Origin: Auanema rhodensis
Taxonomy: Eukaryota; Animalia; Nematoda
Assembly (NCBI GenBank): GCA_964057225.1
Contig: OZ059897.1
Coordinates: 7,316,001 to 7,380,000, forward strand
Length of the DNA stretch: 64,000 nt
Reading direction: 5' to 3'
Position 1 is the stretch's first letter, and every line of letters begins with the position of its first letter. The notes under the pieces were generated by a model. It was not told the origin of the DNA. It was given only the letters and a program-made list of their open reading frames with translations, and made no database searches. Shown piece by piece: positions 40,086 through 55,277 of the stretch. A program made the translations under genes and the position numbers.

Positions 40086-43000
40086 TTAGAATCGTTTTTT
40101 GTTGTTTTTCTTTTTGTTCTTTTTCACCGAAGTAGAATTTTCGGAACCAGCTGAAACAAAATAAAATATATTGAAAATTTAAAAAAGAAACTACGTTGTG
40201 TAGCCGGAACTTCAGTTTTACTTGCCACAGGATGGTTTGCATTGTTCCCTTTTTTCGAATTTATATTAGCTTCAATGCGTCGTTCAGTCTGAACAGTATC
40301 ATCACTTTGCAGAGAAACAAGTTTGCACGGAAATAAGACTAATACCTGTGTTTTTATGGTTGGGTCACCAATTTGACTTGCAATCGACTGATAGCTGTGA
40401 CTAGCTGAAATGAAACATGAGCATTCGCTACGTAATACTAAATTAACTTGGCATCATAGAAAATCCGGAGCTTTCTATCTTAAATAAATGATTTTCAGCA
40501 GTGAGTAATGGCTTCTCGTCTTCAGATTTACCTGAAAAATGAACATACCTTCAAAGTTTACAACTAAAGTTACTCACATTCATTGTCTGTTTTTCCCTCA
40601 TTGACGGAAGCATAAGCATAGACTGTTTTTGGCTTAAACAACAAATATGGAATGGAATTTAGAGGAACTTTACCTTGATATAAGAAAGCTCGACATCATT
40701 TAAATAACGAGCTTTTTGTCGCTCATTTGTTTCCACAATGAAATCAGATAGAAGAGAAATTAATATACGTAATGAGGGAATAATTTCCTAGAATAGGAAT
40801 TGAAAAATATTTTAAAATTATTTCTCTTTGAAAACTTACGGTTTTTGACATCTGAGAGAACATAACCGCTTGACTGAATAAAACATTAAGCTGAATAGAT
40901 ACAACAGCAGGACGTTGATAGTTCAATCCTGTCATCACATGTTCGGAAGCACTGGAAAATTAAAGTTCTATGAAAATCATCAAAATTAAAGTTACCCAGT
41001 AATATTGGTAGACATGCACATCTTATTTCTTCGCAATAAAGTCATCTAGGAGTCATTTTACTTTACATTTGAAGAAAATTGAATCAGAATACCTCATTTT
41101 CCATATGAGCTCTAGCCAACTCGCAAAATCCTTGAAGTAACTCTTGAGCTATCAGCTTTGGTTCTGCAACTTTGTCCAGTGAACCTTCAAGAACTGGGGT
41201 ATCTTCGCCAACTTCAGGATTGAGAACCTATATATAAACAATCATTTAAGAAATAGCTGGTAGAATCATACTCTCAAATATGCCAACTGAGCTGCTTTCG
41301 CGACGATAAGTATAGGTTGGATAAATTGCAGTCCCCAGTAAGAAAATTCACTCAAATATTTAAGTGTATTACTACAGTGGAAAGGTCCCAGAAGCTTAAA
41401 AAACAAAAAGTTTGATAGAAACATGAACAAATCGAACCTCGATCAACCGATTAAGAAGTGGAGTAAGACTGGCAATTCGAACAGCAGCATACGATCTGCC
41501 TGTGCAATCAACCAAAGCTATAGCAATCTGCTCAACCAATAGATCAGGTAAAGGAGTAATCGCAATACCTAAATAAAGAGTTTAAATCACAAATCACTCT
41601 ACTAGCTAACCTTCTTTTAATAGATTGAGAGTCATGTCAACATCGAATAAGCCGAGTTCAAATAAAGACCGCAAGAAGCAGTTAACCGTGGCAGATTTGA
41701 AATCAACAACAATTTGCTCACATTTCTCTTGAACTGATAAAGGCAATGCTTGGAACAAACCACAAGGAATCTGAAACATATTGATTAATGACATTTCAAA
41801 AATTTGGAACACATTACCTGTTGTTTAGGATTTCCCAACGAGAATCCAAACCATTCGATAAGGCAGTATCTGACCCACCAAGGATTCTGTGACAATTTGT
41901 TAAGAATGAAAGCGGATGACTTTGCACAGAAAACAATCTTGTCGTCTAAAGGGGAAGTAATAAACTGTGAATGTTTTCAGAATCAATACCTCTAAGTTTG
42001 GTTCCCAAAGCTTTGAGAATCAATCTACATAGATTGGACATCTCTGGTTCGTTTTTCTCATATTGAGAGTAGAAGCAATGAATGAGTATAAGCAATTCAG
42101 GTGCAGGAACACTGTGACATTCTAAGAGAAAAAAATGCAAAACTTTGAGACAATAGAGCAAAATTTACTTTTCCAGTCACTACCAACACTATTGGTCCAC
42201 TTGAAAGATGTATCTTTAACTCCAAGACATTGAAGAATTCTGAAGATCAAATGTTACAAAATAAGGAAAAGTTTACTCCAACCTATGAACGATTTTCAAC
42301 AGAGTCATACGTTCCGGACTTGTGATTGAAGCGGACAATAGCTTAGGAAGAATGAAAAACTGGAGAATATCAGAACTATTCAACAAAGCTTCTTCTATAA
42401 CTTCACCAAAAACTTCACGGACAACTTGGCCTGTATTTTTCATAAAAATTACTTTAAATGCTTAGGAACTTACCATCAGGCCCCTTTTCTCGGATTAGGG
42501 CTAGTTTTCTTCGACAAATTGATGTTACAAGGTAGGTATAATTATCTCGGAACTCTACAGAGCCATGTCTAAAGGATAAAAATGGAATAAACCAGAAATA
42601 ATAACGATTAACCTGGTAGCTTCTTTTTCAAAAATCGACTTGAGGATTGTCACTAGGAGAGGTTCTTTAGTTCCTTCAGCGATGTTGAAAGAATAGGCAT
42701 ATAGAGAAGATGAAGCTTGTAAAATTTTCAAAACTCCAGGCACAACAGCCTTGTTATCAACCGAATAAAGAATAAGCTTTTCTGTTGTTTCATAAGGTGA
42801 CATAAGCAAGAAGAACAAGAGCTAAAAGGAAGTTTCTCTAAGGAAAAAATATTATGAATTACCTTATTTTGAATATTTGCAAACTTTTCAACATTTTGCT
42901 GCAAATCATTGTGATCGCCCAAAGAATTTAAATATTGAGTTAGCCGTGTGGAGTATTGCTGAATAAATAATCGATCATTTCTGATTTGAAGAAAGATAAA

Positions 43001-44335
43001 ACCTCAATAAAGCTTTGGTAACAATAAACTTTAGTTGATCCAAGTTTTTCCAATAACAGATGGAACAAAGCATTCTGAAATACAGAAAATATTAAGAAAT
43101 GATATTCTTTATAATTGAAAAAAACCTTGTCTTTTAACCCTGTTAAATCAAAAATTTTCTCCAGAACCTCAGAAAATACTTTAGCATTTGATTCATTTTT
43201 TTTACTGTATAAATTTGACCAATATGGAAGAAGCCTGAAAAAAAAACTTCAACTCAACCAAAGGAAGAACCTTGATACTTACAGTTTGAAAACAGTTTTC
43301 GATGAGTCCGTAGAAAGTTTGAAGTCTTCTGGTAATGAATCAGCAGAAATGCTTTTCATCAGCGCTACATCGTAGTCTTTCTTCTTCAGTTTTTCTTCCA
43401 ACTTAATACGAAAATCATAATATTCAATAATAAAATATTGTCGTACTTTTTTAATTTTTGAAACAAAGTTGTTTTCGGTATTTTCAGGTTCTTGATTAGA
43501 AGATCCAACAGTTACTTCTTCTCTTATGTATATTGGTTCAAGAGATTTTGAACTAGCTGATGAACCCTATAACTGGCTAAGTTAAAAGATGAAAACTATC
43601 AATATGGCAACCTTTTTCAAATGTTCTCTTAGAGGAAGAGGGAAATTATCAAATGACAAGTATACTAGAAAGATATAAATAAGTTGATCATTTACTACAT
43701 ATCTTACCCAGATTTTTCGTAACATTTTCAATTTGATCCATAGTTGTATCAAGTTCACATAACCCTGACATAGGTATCAAACCCTATATTCAATTATTTT
43801 TCCAATTTAAGCAATTCCGAAACATACCTCAATCGTACGACATTTGTATATTTCCCAGAACAATTTTATACGTTCAATTAGCAAGCATTCATCTTCTCTT
43901 GATAAACTAGAAGACAAAAAGAAATGTGAGCCGAAACAAGAGTGTCAACTAACCCCATCTTGATGGATCCTTTTTTGAATAAAGGAAACAAGTCATGTTC
44001 AACGAATTTAAGTAGTTTTATAACTATTGAGGAACATTCAGTTAAAATTTGTTTGTCTTTCGTAGCATTAGACAAAATGTCTGCAAGTAAATAAATAAGA
44101 TTAATGTGTAAAGTAAGAGATCAAGCAAATCTTTGTTAAAGTAAAGTAACTGACCAAGCAATTCTTTGTTATTTCCAAAACAATAATTTGAAAGAGCTTC
44201 AACATTATCATACAAATCTAATGCATACAGAACAGTATTCTCAAATTTGTTTAACTGAAATAGCAAATGCTGACATCAATATATGGATTATATACTTACT
44301 TCCCGCAGGCAGTTTTGAGCAATCACAGCGGCCAT
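40086..44335 (-). CDS. Large multi-exon alpha-helical protein of unknown function with a basic C-terminal NLS-like tail
   Basis: tttgcag-caATG at 44335 (MAAVIAQNCLRE). More than 20 short exons have canonical sites, and the 5' and 3' junctions I checked join in frame (e.g. LLMSPYETTEKLILYSVDNKAVVPGVLKIL). It ends ...KKNKKKNNKKRF* (TAA 40088-40086), with AATAAA at 40002-39997. Confidence 0.8.
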
Positions 44336-45439
44336 TGCTGCAAAGAAACAAATACAAAAATTAGCAACGATAGAAAGATTTGTGGAGAAGAATGACACAA
44401 AAAGAACAAGAACACAGGCAAATTGATAAATAATTCAGGCAGTACTCTGATAGAAATATTAGATATGCATTGCATATCTCTCATGATTCAGCAATAAATG
44501 CCACAGATGGTCAATATTAATTGTCTTAACTGTTGGCAAATGGTACGACATTACAGAAGCCATAAGCCAATATGCGATATGGATTGAAATAAATTATGCC
44601 CGGGTCTTCCTTCGATTTTCTTCTAACAGACCGAAGCAGACCACTGGGCAATTGAGTGTGCTAGCACCATTCACATTCACTGAACATACGTTCGCTCCAG
44701 TCCCATGGGTTAATGCAGAAGCCAATAGTCATTACTACTAACTAGTGAGTGTAATAGTTTAGGGTTTTCAATAAGAGTAATATGAGAAAAAAACAATTTT
44801 TTTCTAATTTTTGATAAATATAAAATAAACACAAATAACCATGAAGCTAGAAAGAGTCACAATTGCATTAAAAGTATTCAAATGAACTCGATTCGCACTC
44901 AATTCTCATTCAAAATGCATTAGAATGGTTTTCATTTAATGTTTGAGTTAATTAAATTAGAGCAAAAACAGTTTTATCACTTTGTATCAAGAAAGCTGAG
45001 AATATTGAAGACGATAGCACATCAATAAATTCAATATTTTCTAAAAAAAATCAACAAGCATTTCGTTATTCAAATTATCATAAGAATTTTGCAATAAACA
45101 GCATAATTAATTGCTGATACATGCTTTTTCAGGTTTTTATACTTCCAAATTAGGGTTTTATTAATATCCAATACTCTCTACCAGAAAGAAGAACGTGCTC
45201 TGCTGAGAAATAAAATGACCCAAGGCTAGATAAATTAACATGCTGAACAATATGTTCTAATTGGAAGCTTCAAGTTCTATTATCAAATTAAAATAAGATG
45301 TTTTCGTTTCAAATTCATGAAAAACGATTTATCCCCAGTTGTAATTTCAAACGTAACTGATTATTTTGCTCGTGAATGCCTTGTGAAGTGGTTGCATTTT
45401 GACTAGTTTGGCTTTCCTTATTAACTTCTTTAACTTCAG

Positions 45440-46617
45440 ATGTTTCGTACACCTCAATTGTACACACGAGGTCGTGGATTTTTATCCTTTATGAGCCCTA
45501 AACAGGGCAAGGAAACTACTGGACAATTGAGTCCTGAACAACAGGTTGTTAATGAGGCGTAGGTACTGTTAATCTCATTTTTCAGGATGCTCTTCGATCA
45601 GCCCTACCTAGCCTTCGTACTGATGCTCCTCGTCATAGTAGAAAAGTAGATGATTCTGATTCTGATTTCGATACTGATCTCATAATGGATAGCCAACTTA
45701 ATATGGATGCTATTAGAGCTAGGGGGTAAGATTTTAGTTTTGATTTTCGAGGATAATTGTGGCCTCTTTAGACAAATGAAATATGCGTACAACTATCAAC
45801 CTCCAGCAAATGTTAAGGATCTTATTCTTAAAGAAGTTGAATCTGTTTTACCTGATGTTTCATCTAAAGATTTATTGAGTTACTCTTTAGCTAATGACAA
45901 TAATGTTAAAGCAGAGGTGAGTAAAGGTTTTATGTTTTTTTCAACTTTCACTGTATTTTTAAAAAATTTTCTTTATTAAGATGATCATTAAAATTTCGTC
46001 AAAGTTCAATCATTATCCAACCAATTCTGTTTTAATGAAGCTTAAGTCTGTTCAAGATCTTATTGAATTCTTCAATACTCCAGTGGAAAATATCAATATT
46101 TATTCAAAGTAAGTTAATCTACGTTAAACAATTTTTGAAAAATGCTCTTAGGCTTGCTCGAACTGAAGATAAACCTTCTAATGTTCATGTTATTGAGCAA
46201 CCTGCTCGTTTCAATCCAAATGACACCGAAGCCTGGCATGGAGGTTAGTATATATTGCAGACTTTTTAATCTCCTGATGATCAATACGTTGCAGGTATCA
46301 CTGCTTTCCCAGGAACTGGTGGTGAGGTAATTAGTTTAAGGAATAAAAGATTGCTTCGTCAGTTTCAACCCAAAAAGGATTGGTTTGACTATGAAGACCA
46401 GGTATATTGTTTATACAAATCTTCTTTGATTTTCGATGTACTTTCAGACATTTGATTATACAAGACCTGAAAAGGACATGCCATGGGATACAGAAATTGC
46501 AAAGAAAATGGACAGGTTTCTTCAACTGTAACCTTTTTTTTTTAATTTACAAATGTTATTTTCAGACATCCTGATAAAAGATACAACTTGTCTACTAAGA
46601 CGTTTAAACGAGTGTGA
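45440..46617 (+). CDS. mrpl-50: Mitochondrial ribosomal protein mL50
   Basis: cttcag|ATG 45440 with a basic/hydroxylated presequence (MFRTPQLYTRGRGFLSFM). Then YNYQPP, H-x-PTNSVLMKLKSVQDLIEFFNTPV, KPSNVHVIEQPARFNPNDT and GGITAFPG. Stop TGA 46615-46617. Confidence 0.8.
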
Positions 46618-48384
46618 TAAAATAGGATAGCTAGTAGTAATTATTGTTATTATTTGTTTTCTTGTTGATATAAAGTTTATATATTCTATTCGATCTTTTG
46701 TTATTTCTCCGAATACTTCGCGATGGAGCTGTTTTCTGTCACTAACTCCGCCCACGATCGATAAGCTTTTTTGCTCGTGGCGTAAGGATTCGTCTGTGTT
46801 CCACAACGTCGTGCCGAGCTGCACATTGAGTTTGTAATTTAAAAAGTTTATGTTCTATTTCTATAATTTATCAATAGGCGTGTGAGTTCCCTCGTATGGT
46901 TTGAACACATTTTCCCACCAAACATGCTATAGCCGAATTAAAAAAAATAATCTTCAACTTGAAAACCTATTTAATCGTTTAACCTCATTGCGAATATTAC
47001 ATTCGGATGATGGTGATGGGAACACAGCTTTCGAAAAAGGATAGTTTCCATATTTCCATCATCGATTGATTTTTAAAATACCACGCTCGTATTAAGTTCG
47101 GTTTCCTTCTCTCTTCTATTTTAATAATACTCTTCTTTGTTGTGTAAAAACAAACTTTGTAGGATGATTATATGATCATCACCTTTCTATCTTATGTTGT
47201 TCTTCGGTCCCTGTCTACATAGTAGTCTGGAGGATGGAACACGATCTTCACTGTTCGATTTCTTAAGTCTTGGTCGTATCCTCATGTAGTTTGGGTTTGA
47301 TCTACTTCTTCCCATATTCTTATTTATTCCTTATCAGGCCCAGTGCATTCAGAAGCATCATAATTGAGACAGTTAGTATTCGTAATTTGCTTGTAATCGT
47401 GTGATTGAATTGTCCTTGAAAACTAATTTGTTACAGTGCTTTGATTTTCTAAGGTTTACCATGTATCAGAAGATCAGACCTTTATGTCAATCTAGTAGAG
47501 AAAACTTTTTCACTTATTTCATTCCCTGGACACAATTACGAATGTTTGTTCTAAACTGGTTGAGCTTTCTGCCCCCATGTTATTCAGAGGCCAACTGTTG
47601 CTGTTGATAATCAAAGCTATTGTTCAATGGTTCATGACCTATTGTCTATATCGTTTGTATTTTTTTCTTACTTTGTCCATATTAAGAATTTTATGCTCTA
47701 TAGTCTGATCACTTTCGAAGGCTTTACTCTGATTGTGAAGTTATTTTTGCCTCTTGTCCCTCTGGCAATCAATGTTAGCATATGAGATAGGCAAAGCCAA
47801 TTGACGAATGTCCAGTCTAGAGGCAACTCCGTTGAAAAATTCTCATGAAGCTCACGTAGTCACTGCGTGCCACTCGCCCCATTGCATTTCATTCTGCTCT
47901 CTATCCGACTTCGATTGCTTTCTAACTGCAGTTGCTGCTCAAAGAGCGCCTGGCTTCCCTCAAATCTCTTCCTTGTCTCTTGTTCAGAGTGTAATTCAGT
48001 CTATCAACCTGTGCCCCCAACTATCAGCACATTTTCCGCTCTCATTCTATTAGTTATATTTTCTGTTTTCAACGATAGATAGGCCGATTTGCTTTTATTG
48101 GCGTCGTTCTTTTTTAGGGGCGGATCCTTCTTAACGCCATAAACAGGACATCATCTGCTAGTTCTTATCGAGACCATTCTTTATGAAAACAGAACACCAT
48201 ATCTATACTTTTCTGGCATTCTGTTTATAAAACACATGGACCAGGCTAGGGTCAAGATTCTCTTTAGTCGTTATTTCTAACTCGCTTCTAGTCTTGTCTC
48301 AAGTCTCCTCTTTGCATTGATTTTTGTTTTTATGTTCTCGAATATTTTATTCTTTATTGATTTGTAATCTATTATTCTTTAGAC

Positions 48385-49960
<1,576 letters not shown>

Positions 49961-50091
49961 ATTCCCAACTGATAACACTTACAATCGTAGTATAGTTGCT
50001 CTTTATACCCAAGCAGCATGAACGATATAGTAAATTCATATATTTATTTTCTTGAGATCAATAAAAATGTTTTTTATGCAAGTTTTAATTC

Positions 50092-53000
50092 TTATTCACT
50101 AATATGAACCCGAAGAGATGCTTTTGTATCGGAGTACCATGTTTGCAAAGCTTTGCTGTCCGTGAACTCTACTGTGAATTCAATTTCGCAACTCTGAAGA
50201 ATAAACAAGAGAAACTTGAAGAAAAGTCAAAAAAAAATTTACTTGTTTGAACGCCAGTAGGAATTGAGCTTGGAAATACAAGCCTTCTTTTGGCTTCACA
50301 ACTTGAGAATACACAGTATTATTCTGAAAAAGCTTCGTGAAATACTATGTAAACATGGAAAAACTTACAGATTGGGCGATAAAATATTGTATATGAGCTT
50401 GAACCGTGATTGAATGAACAGGGCGGGAAAGATTTGAAGAGATAACACCGTCAATCTAAAAAGGAAAATTTTCCAATCACAACAAGATTCAAATATCAAA
50501 GTCCAACCTGAATTGGATAAAGATGGCCCGGCATAACAGAAACCTCGCCGTTATTTCCAGTTACAACAGCCAACTTGATCTTCATGGTATCTCCTTGTTG
50601 GAAGAAAAATCTTGGAATGAGTATACGTTGAGAACACAGTTGATTCAAAACAAGGAAAAAGTGATTAACAGACTGTAAGATAGAGATGAATGGAGTAATT
50701 TATAAATTAAATGAAACGTACAGATTCAGATAAAGGTTTCCCATTTATGAGCATCATCTGTTCATTAGCCCAATTGAGAAGGTTCAAACTTTTCTTCAAA
50801 GATGTAGTTTCAACACGTAAATTAGGAAGCACAGCAGCTCTAAGGTAGGAACATTACTCCTTTATAGAAATTTCATAGAACATACCTAGCTGAAGGACTA
50901 TTCATTAGACAAAGTAATCCATAGTTTATAATGGTATACATGCTTTGCAAGATGGCTATGTAATCATGAGTTTGACAATCTGCTCCATACGAAGATCGGA
51001 TCAACTTATTCCATGACGATATCACTAACTCTAATGTGTTGATTGCATTCATAATCTGTAGAATTTTACATCTGATTCTCTAATTTCAAACTGAAGTTAT
51101 ACCAATGCTCGTAAACGGGAGGTTGTGCCAGGCATCTTGTATTGTTCAGGCATTTTTTGGAAAGTAGAAAAGCCGCTAAGAATATCTAAAATTCCTCTAC
51201 ATGATACAATCAAGCAGTTAGTGAAATTTCGGGCGAAACGGAAGTCCGAAGCATCTTGAATTCCCGTTAACAAGACCTGGAAATTTGAAATTTGTCGAAG
51301 AATTGGAATCAAATATCATACATCAATTATAGATAAAGCATTAGTCAAATGAACTTTCTGTTGTTGATAGGCCTGCACTGACATATCTGATAACTGAGCT
51401 GATGCTAACTCTTGAAGGAAATTAATCCAACGAGCAGATGAGAACGATAGTCTCTGAAATTGAGGAATACCTCAGGAAAAAAAGATCATCAAACCGAAAC
51501 ATCAATGTTATTCAAATTCACTAACGCGGCCTCTCTCCAGTGGCCATTCCGGAAAGCAATTCGGGCTACTCGATATCTGAAGTAGAGGATGATATTCAGT
51601 TTACGAAAATTTATTTCAATACCTATCCCAATCAATACCCGGTATCACATTCTGAGGTGAATCTTGAACAACTACACCAGAAGCTAATAGAAGAAAAGCT
51701 ATGGATGAGTCAGATAACTCGTTTCCCTAAACAAAATTAATTATTTTTCCATAAAAAAACTATTAAACCGTACCAATGCTTGAACTGTTTCTTTAGCCCA
51801 GTCATGTATTACTTGTACCACAGGTGGTAAGTGATCAATTAAACGACAAAAAAGATCAATTCGAGGATATAATGTATCACGATAAGTAACTCTGCAAAGA
51901 CCTAGCAATGGTCCTAATAATTCAGCAATTTGATCTTCAGTCAGATGTCCACAACAGAAGAAGTCACCCAAAGCACGATAAAACTAAAGAACTACCATCA
52001 TAACAGATCTCATGACTAAAAAAACTACCTGTTTCAAAAGTTCAGGAGGATAACTCAAATAAAGAGATGCAACGAATGAATTCATGAGTTTTGCAGCAAA
52101 ACGTTCATTCGGCTGGCGGCAATAGACATTACAAGCAATGTGAAGATATGAAACTCTTTGTCGTGGATCGCTACTAGTACTAGTAGTTATCAATTCTGCT
52201 AATATATCTGGAAATTATATTTAATATACGGAATGTCTGAAAAAAAATCATACTATCGAAAAAGGTCATTTGATTAGGTCTGGCATGTTGAGAGAGAGCT
52301 ATTAGCAGTCGCAGAAATTTATTGAAAATGATCGAACGTTCTTCCAATTGTGGCTTTATATCCAGAACAATCTTAAGTTTAACGATTAAGTTTTTGAAAA
52401 ATACAAGGAACAATATTAATTTGAAAACCATGGTAATTTATTTCTCTTACGAAGCGTTGAAAGAGCGGTTGTATTCATAAAAAGCTTACTTGGAGGTGTT
52501 CATCCTTCCAAACATGGGAATGCTTCGCTAACCGACGAAGATCTTCCAAAGCTGATACTGCCAATGCCACATTGTCTTCTGCACGACAAAGAGCTGATAA
52601 CAAAATAGACAGCTAAAAATACATAAGTTTCAATAGAGAATTCAGAACATTGTTGTACTTGATCAGGAATGGCATATCGTGTTGCCTCAGCAAGTTGCGT
52701 CATAGCTTCAAGTAATGAACAAACCAGAGGAGTATGTGTACACGTTTCCAAGATTGAATGTGATAATGAGAATACTTTCTTAAACAAAAACTTTCTTGAA
52801 GTTTTAAAATAAAAATAACCTCAGTAGTTGATACCATGGCTTTCATGCCTCCGAACACAGGTATCAGAAGAGACTTTCGTTTTATAGATGTTTCTGATGA
52901 TTCTAGTAATGTCCACAGCTGAGGGATCACTGTATCAGAAAACTCCCTGGAAAAAACAACTTAGAAGAAACATAATAAATATGGTAACATACGCTGACAA

Positions 53001-53601
53001 CTTAGTAAACTCGGCCATAGCATGGCAAGCCGATTTGAACTCCAAATCACTCTCTGTCGACAATGTTTCAACAATTAAATGATGAACCTATTATTAAAAA
53101 TATATTATAATGCGGAAAGGATTCAGTTTCTACCTGTTTATTGTCTGGAAACACAGGAGCAAGACTAGCAAGAACTTGTAATGTTAAGGCACGAGCTTCG
53201 GGATCATTAGAATGGCTCACAATCATGATCTTCTTTAAAACTTCAGCTCTTGAGAATACAAGAGACAAGTGGGAATGACATTCTGATAAAACTCGGGACA
53301 CACATAAACGCAGCTCGTTTGATCTGGAGAAATAATTGAAAATAACATAATTATAAGTTTTCTTTACCCTTCTCGAAAAGCATCTGCTAATTTAACTACA
53401 ATTTGATTAACAAAAAGAGGAAAAGGATTATCATCTAATAACATAGAGGTATTCACAACCGTAGATAACTGGTCTCCTAGTGAACGGGAACGTAACCCTA
53501 AGCAAAGCATGGTGTGATCTAACTATCTAGACTATCAGGTCCTTACCTTTATCATAAGCCTGGAGATGATATGAAGAAGCAAGAGCAACGCTAACTGTCA
53601 T
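50092..53601 (-). CDS. ints-7: Integrator complex subunit 7
   Basis: attcag|ATG 53601. N-terminal DKGLRSRSLGDQ...NPFPLFVNQIVVKLADAFREGSNELRLCV...VSHSNDPEARALTLQVLASLA, then HWREAAL and IPRFFFQQ near the C-terminus. The last exon ends ...LRVHISE* (TAA 50094-50092). Confidence 0.92.
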
Positions 53602-53902
53602 CTGAATTTGCTACATCTTGCAAATGATGCCTTGAACCAACTGTAGTCATGTATTTCAAAAGAGTTAACCTTTCATCAGTGATATATAAAAAAAGAATTT
53701 CAAATATTTATTAAAACATAAGGCATAAGTTTGTGACCAGTATAAATTCGTACCAGAATATAATTTACAAGCTAACCCATATTTAACTGAGAATTCATGT
53801 TTTTTAACAAATTAAAAGATCTATCAATAATAGCAGACGTATTGTTGAATGGTTAAGTTTGTACACCTTAGAATTTCGATTCTTCATAAATAATATTAAA
53901 TA

Positions 53903-54141
53903 TTAGGTGTGCGCAAAAGTTCCTGGCCTTCTTCGGGTCCACATGCATTCACCTCATAACTTCATTTCAAAAAACAGCGAGATAAAGCAAAATTAAAAGA
54001 TGAAAAATGGAATTTTTTTAATAATTTCAATTAAAAATACTTAACAAATATAATTATGAATTTGGTTGATGGCTATTTTTAATTTTTAAATTTTTATTCA
54101 AATTTTAAGGCGGATGGCCAGAAACTTTTGCGAACACCTAA
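53903..54141. mobile_element. Non-autonomous Tc1/mariner-type MITE (239 bp)
   Basis: TA|TTAGGTGTGCGCAAAAGTTCCTGGCC ... GGCCAGAAACTTTTGCGAACACCTAA|TA: 26-bp terminal inverted repeats (24/26 match), TA target-site duplication, AT-rich non-coding interior. The TIR resembles mariner ends (TTAGGT...CAAAAGT). Confidence 0.93.
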
Positions 54142-54602
54142 TATATAGTTTATATATATATTACATCATTTACTTAAATTCTTTTTTTGGCTCTAGTGCA
54201 GTTCTTTCAACAAAGAAAATGCTATTAGATTTTTGCTAGAAAAGGGAATTCTTCGCGATGATGTGATGTGTAGCAACTTCAAAAAAGAACTGTAGAAGAG
54301 AGCAACAATAGAAAAAAAACATTTTTAGATGCATCCATTTAAGATACGCCTAATTTACATTAAATAGATTCTCATTCACCGTTCACAAATTTTAATCTTC
54401 TCACTTACTGTTGGACAAAGGAGTACACAACAATGCAGTTCGGCGAAGATGAGCTCGGAATAGGTTCAAGCCATACTGTTGTGGAATATAACAACTTTTT
54501 TCTTGTAGTCTGTGCCCTCGCTTTTGAAAAATCCCAATAAAATATGTGAATACTGTTTTGACTAGAGGATTGATGTTTAGAATAAAGATGAAATGAAAGC
54601 TA

Positions 54603-55277
54603 CTAAAGAATTGCTAATAAAACTTCCATAACTCTGAATATTAAATCCATGAGGTAATGTGGAAGAAGAGCCTCGATATCTTCCTCTTCAGTGTCAAGCA
54701 CATTGAAGCTCTCCCAGTTGTATATATGATCTGCCACAACGTTAAATTCTCCTATAGTGTAAGTAGAATTTTTCCCAAAATTAATTAACAGCCTCCAAGC
54801 TGAAGCATTATACGATGGATGTCCGTATATCTGAATATGAAGCATTAGAGATTAGTTATTTGTAGCTTGAATTACTGCTAAGTAAACTGGGCGAGGTGAA
54901 GCAGAGAGATCTATGTAGTCCAGCCCACAAGAAGTTGAACTGCCATTATGCTCATGTAACATGTAAGATACATTGCGATGATAGCCAACATAGAGATCCG
55001 CGTCGCCTAGAAAATATCAAGAAACTTCCTTTTATGAAAAAAGTAGGTACCTGATATAGACTGTACTACAATTCTCAAAGGTTGTGGTCTTTTAATTTCA
55101 ATTCTAGTGTATTCCCCAGCTTTCATAATACCTAGAGAAATTCATCTAAACAGATCAAACTCTACAAAATGTTCAACACAAACCTTCTGATATGTGGAAG
55201 TCTGATAATGAAAAATCATGACAATGAACAGCATACAGAAGAGAAAGAATATTTAAAATAGGGCCAATCCGCGTCAT
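54603..55277 (-). CDS. UPF0669 / C6orf120-like secreted or membrane-anchored protein
   Basis: Signal peptide MTRIGPILNILSLLYAVHC. Motifs SISGDADLYV, STSCGLDYIDL...RP and IYGHPSY; hydrophobic C-terminus LIFRVMEVLLAIL*. Confidence 0.82.
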
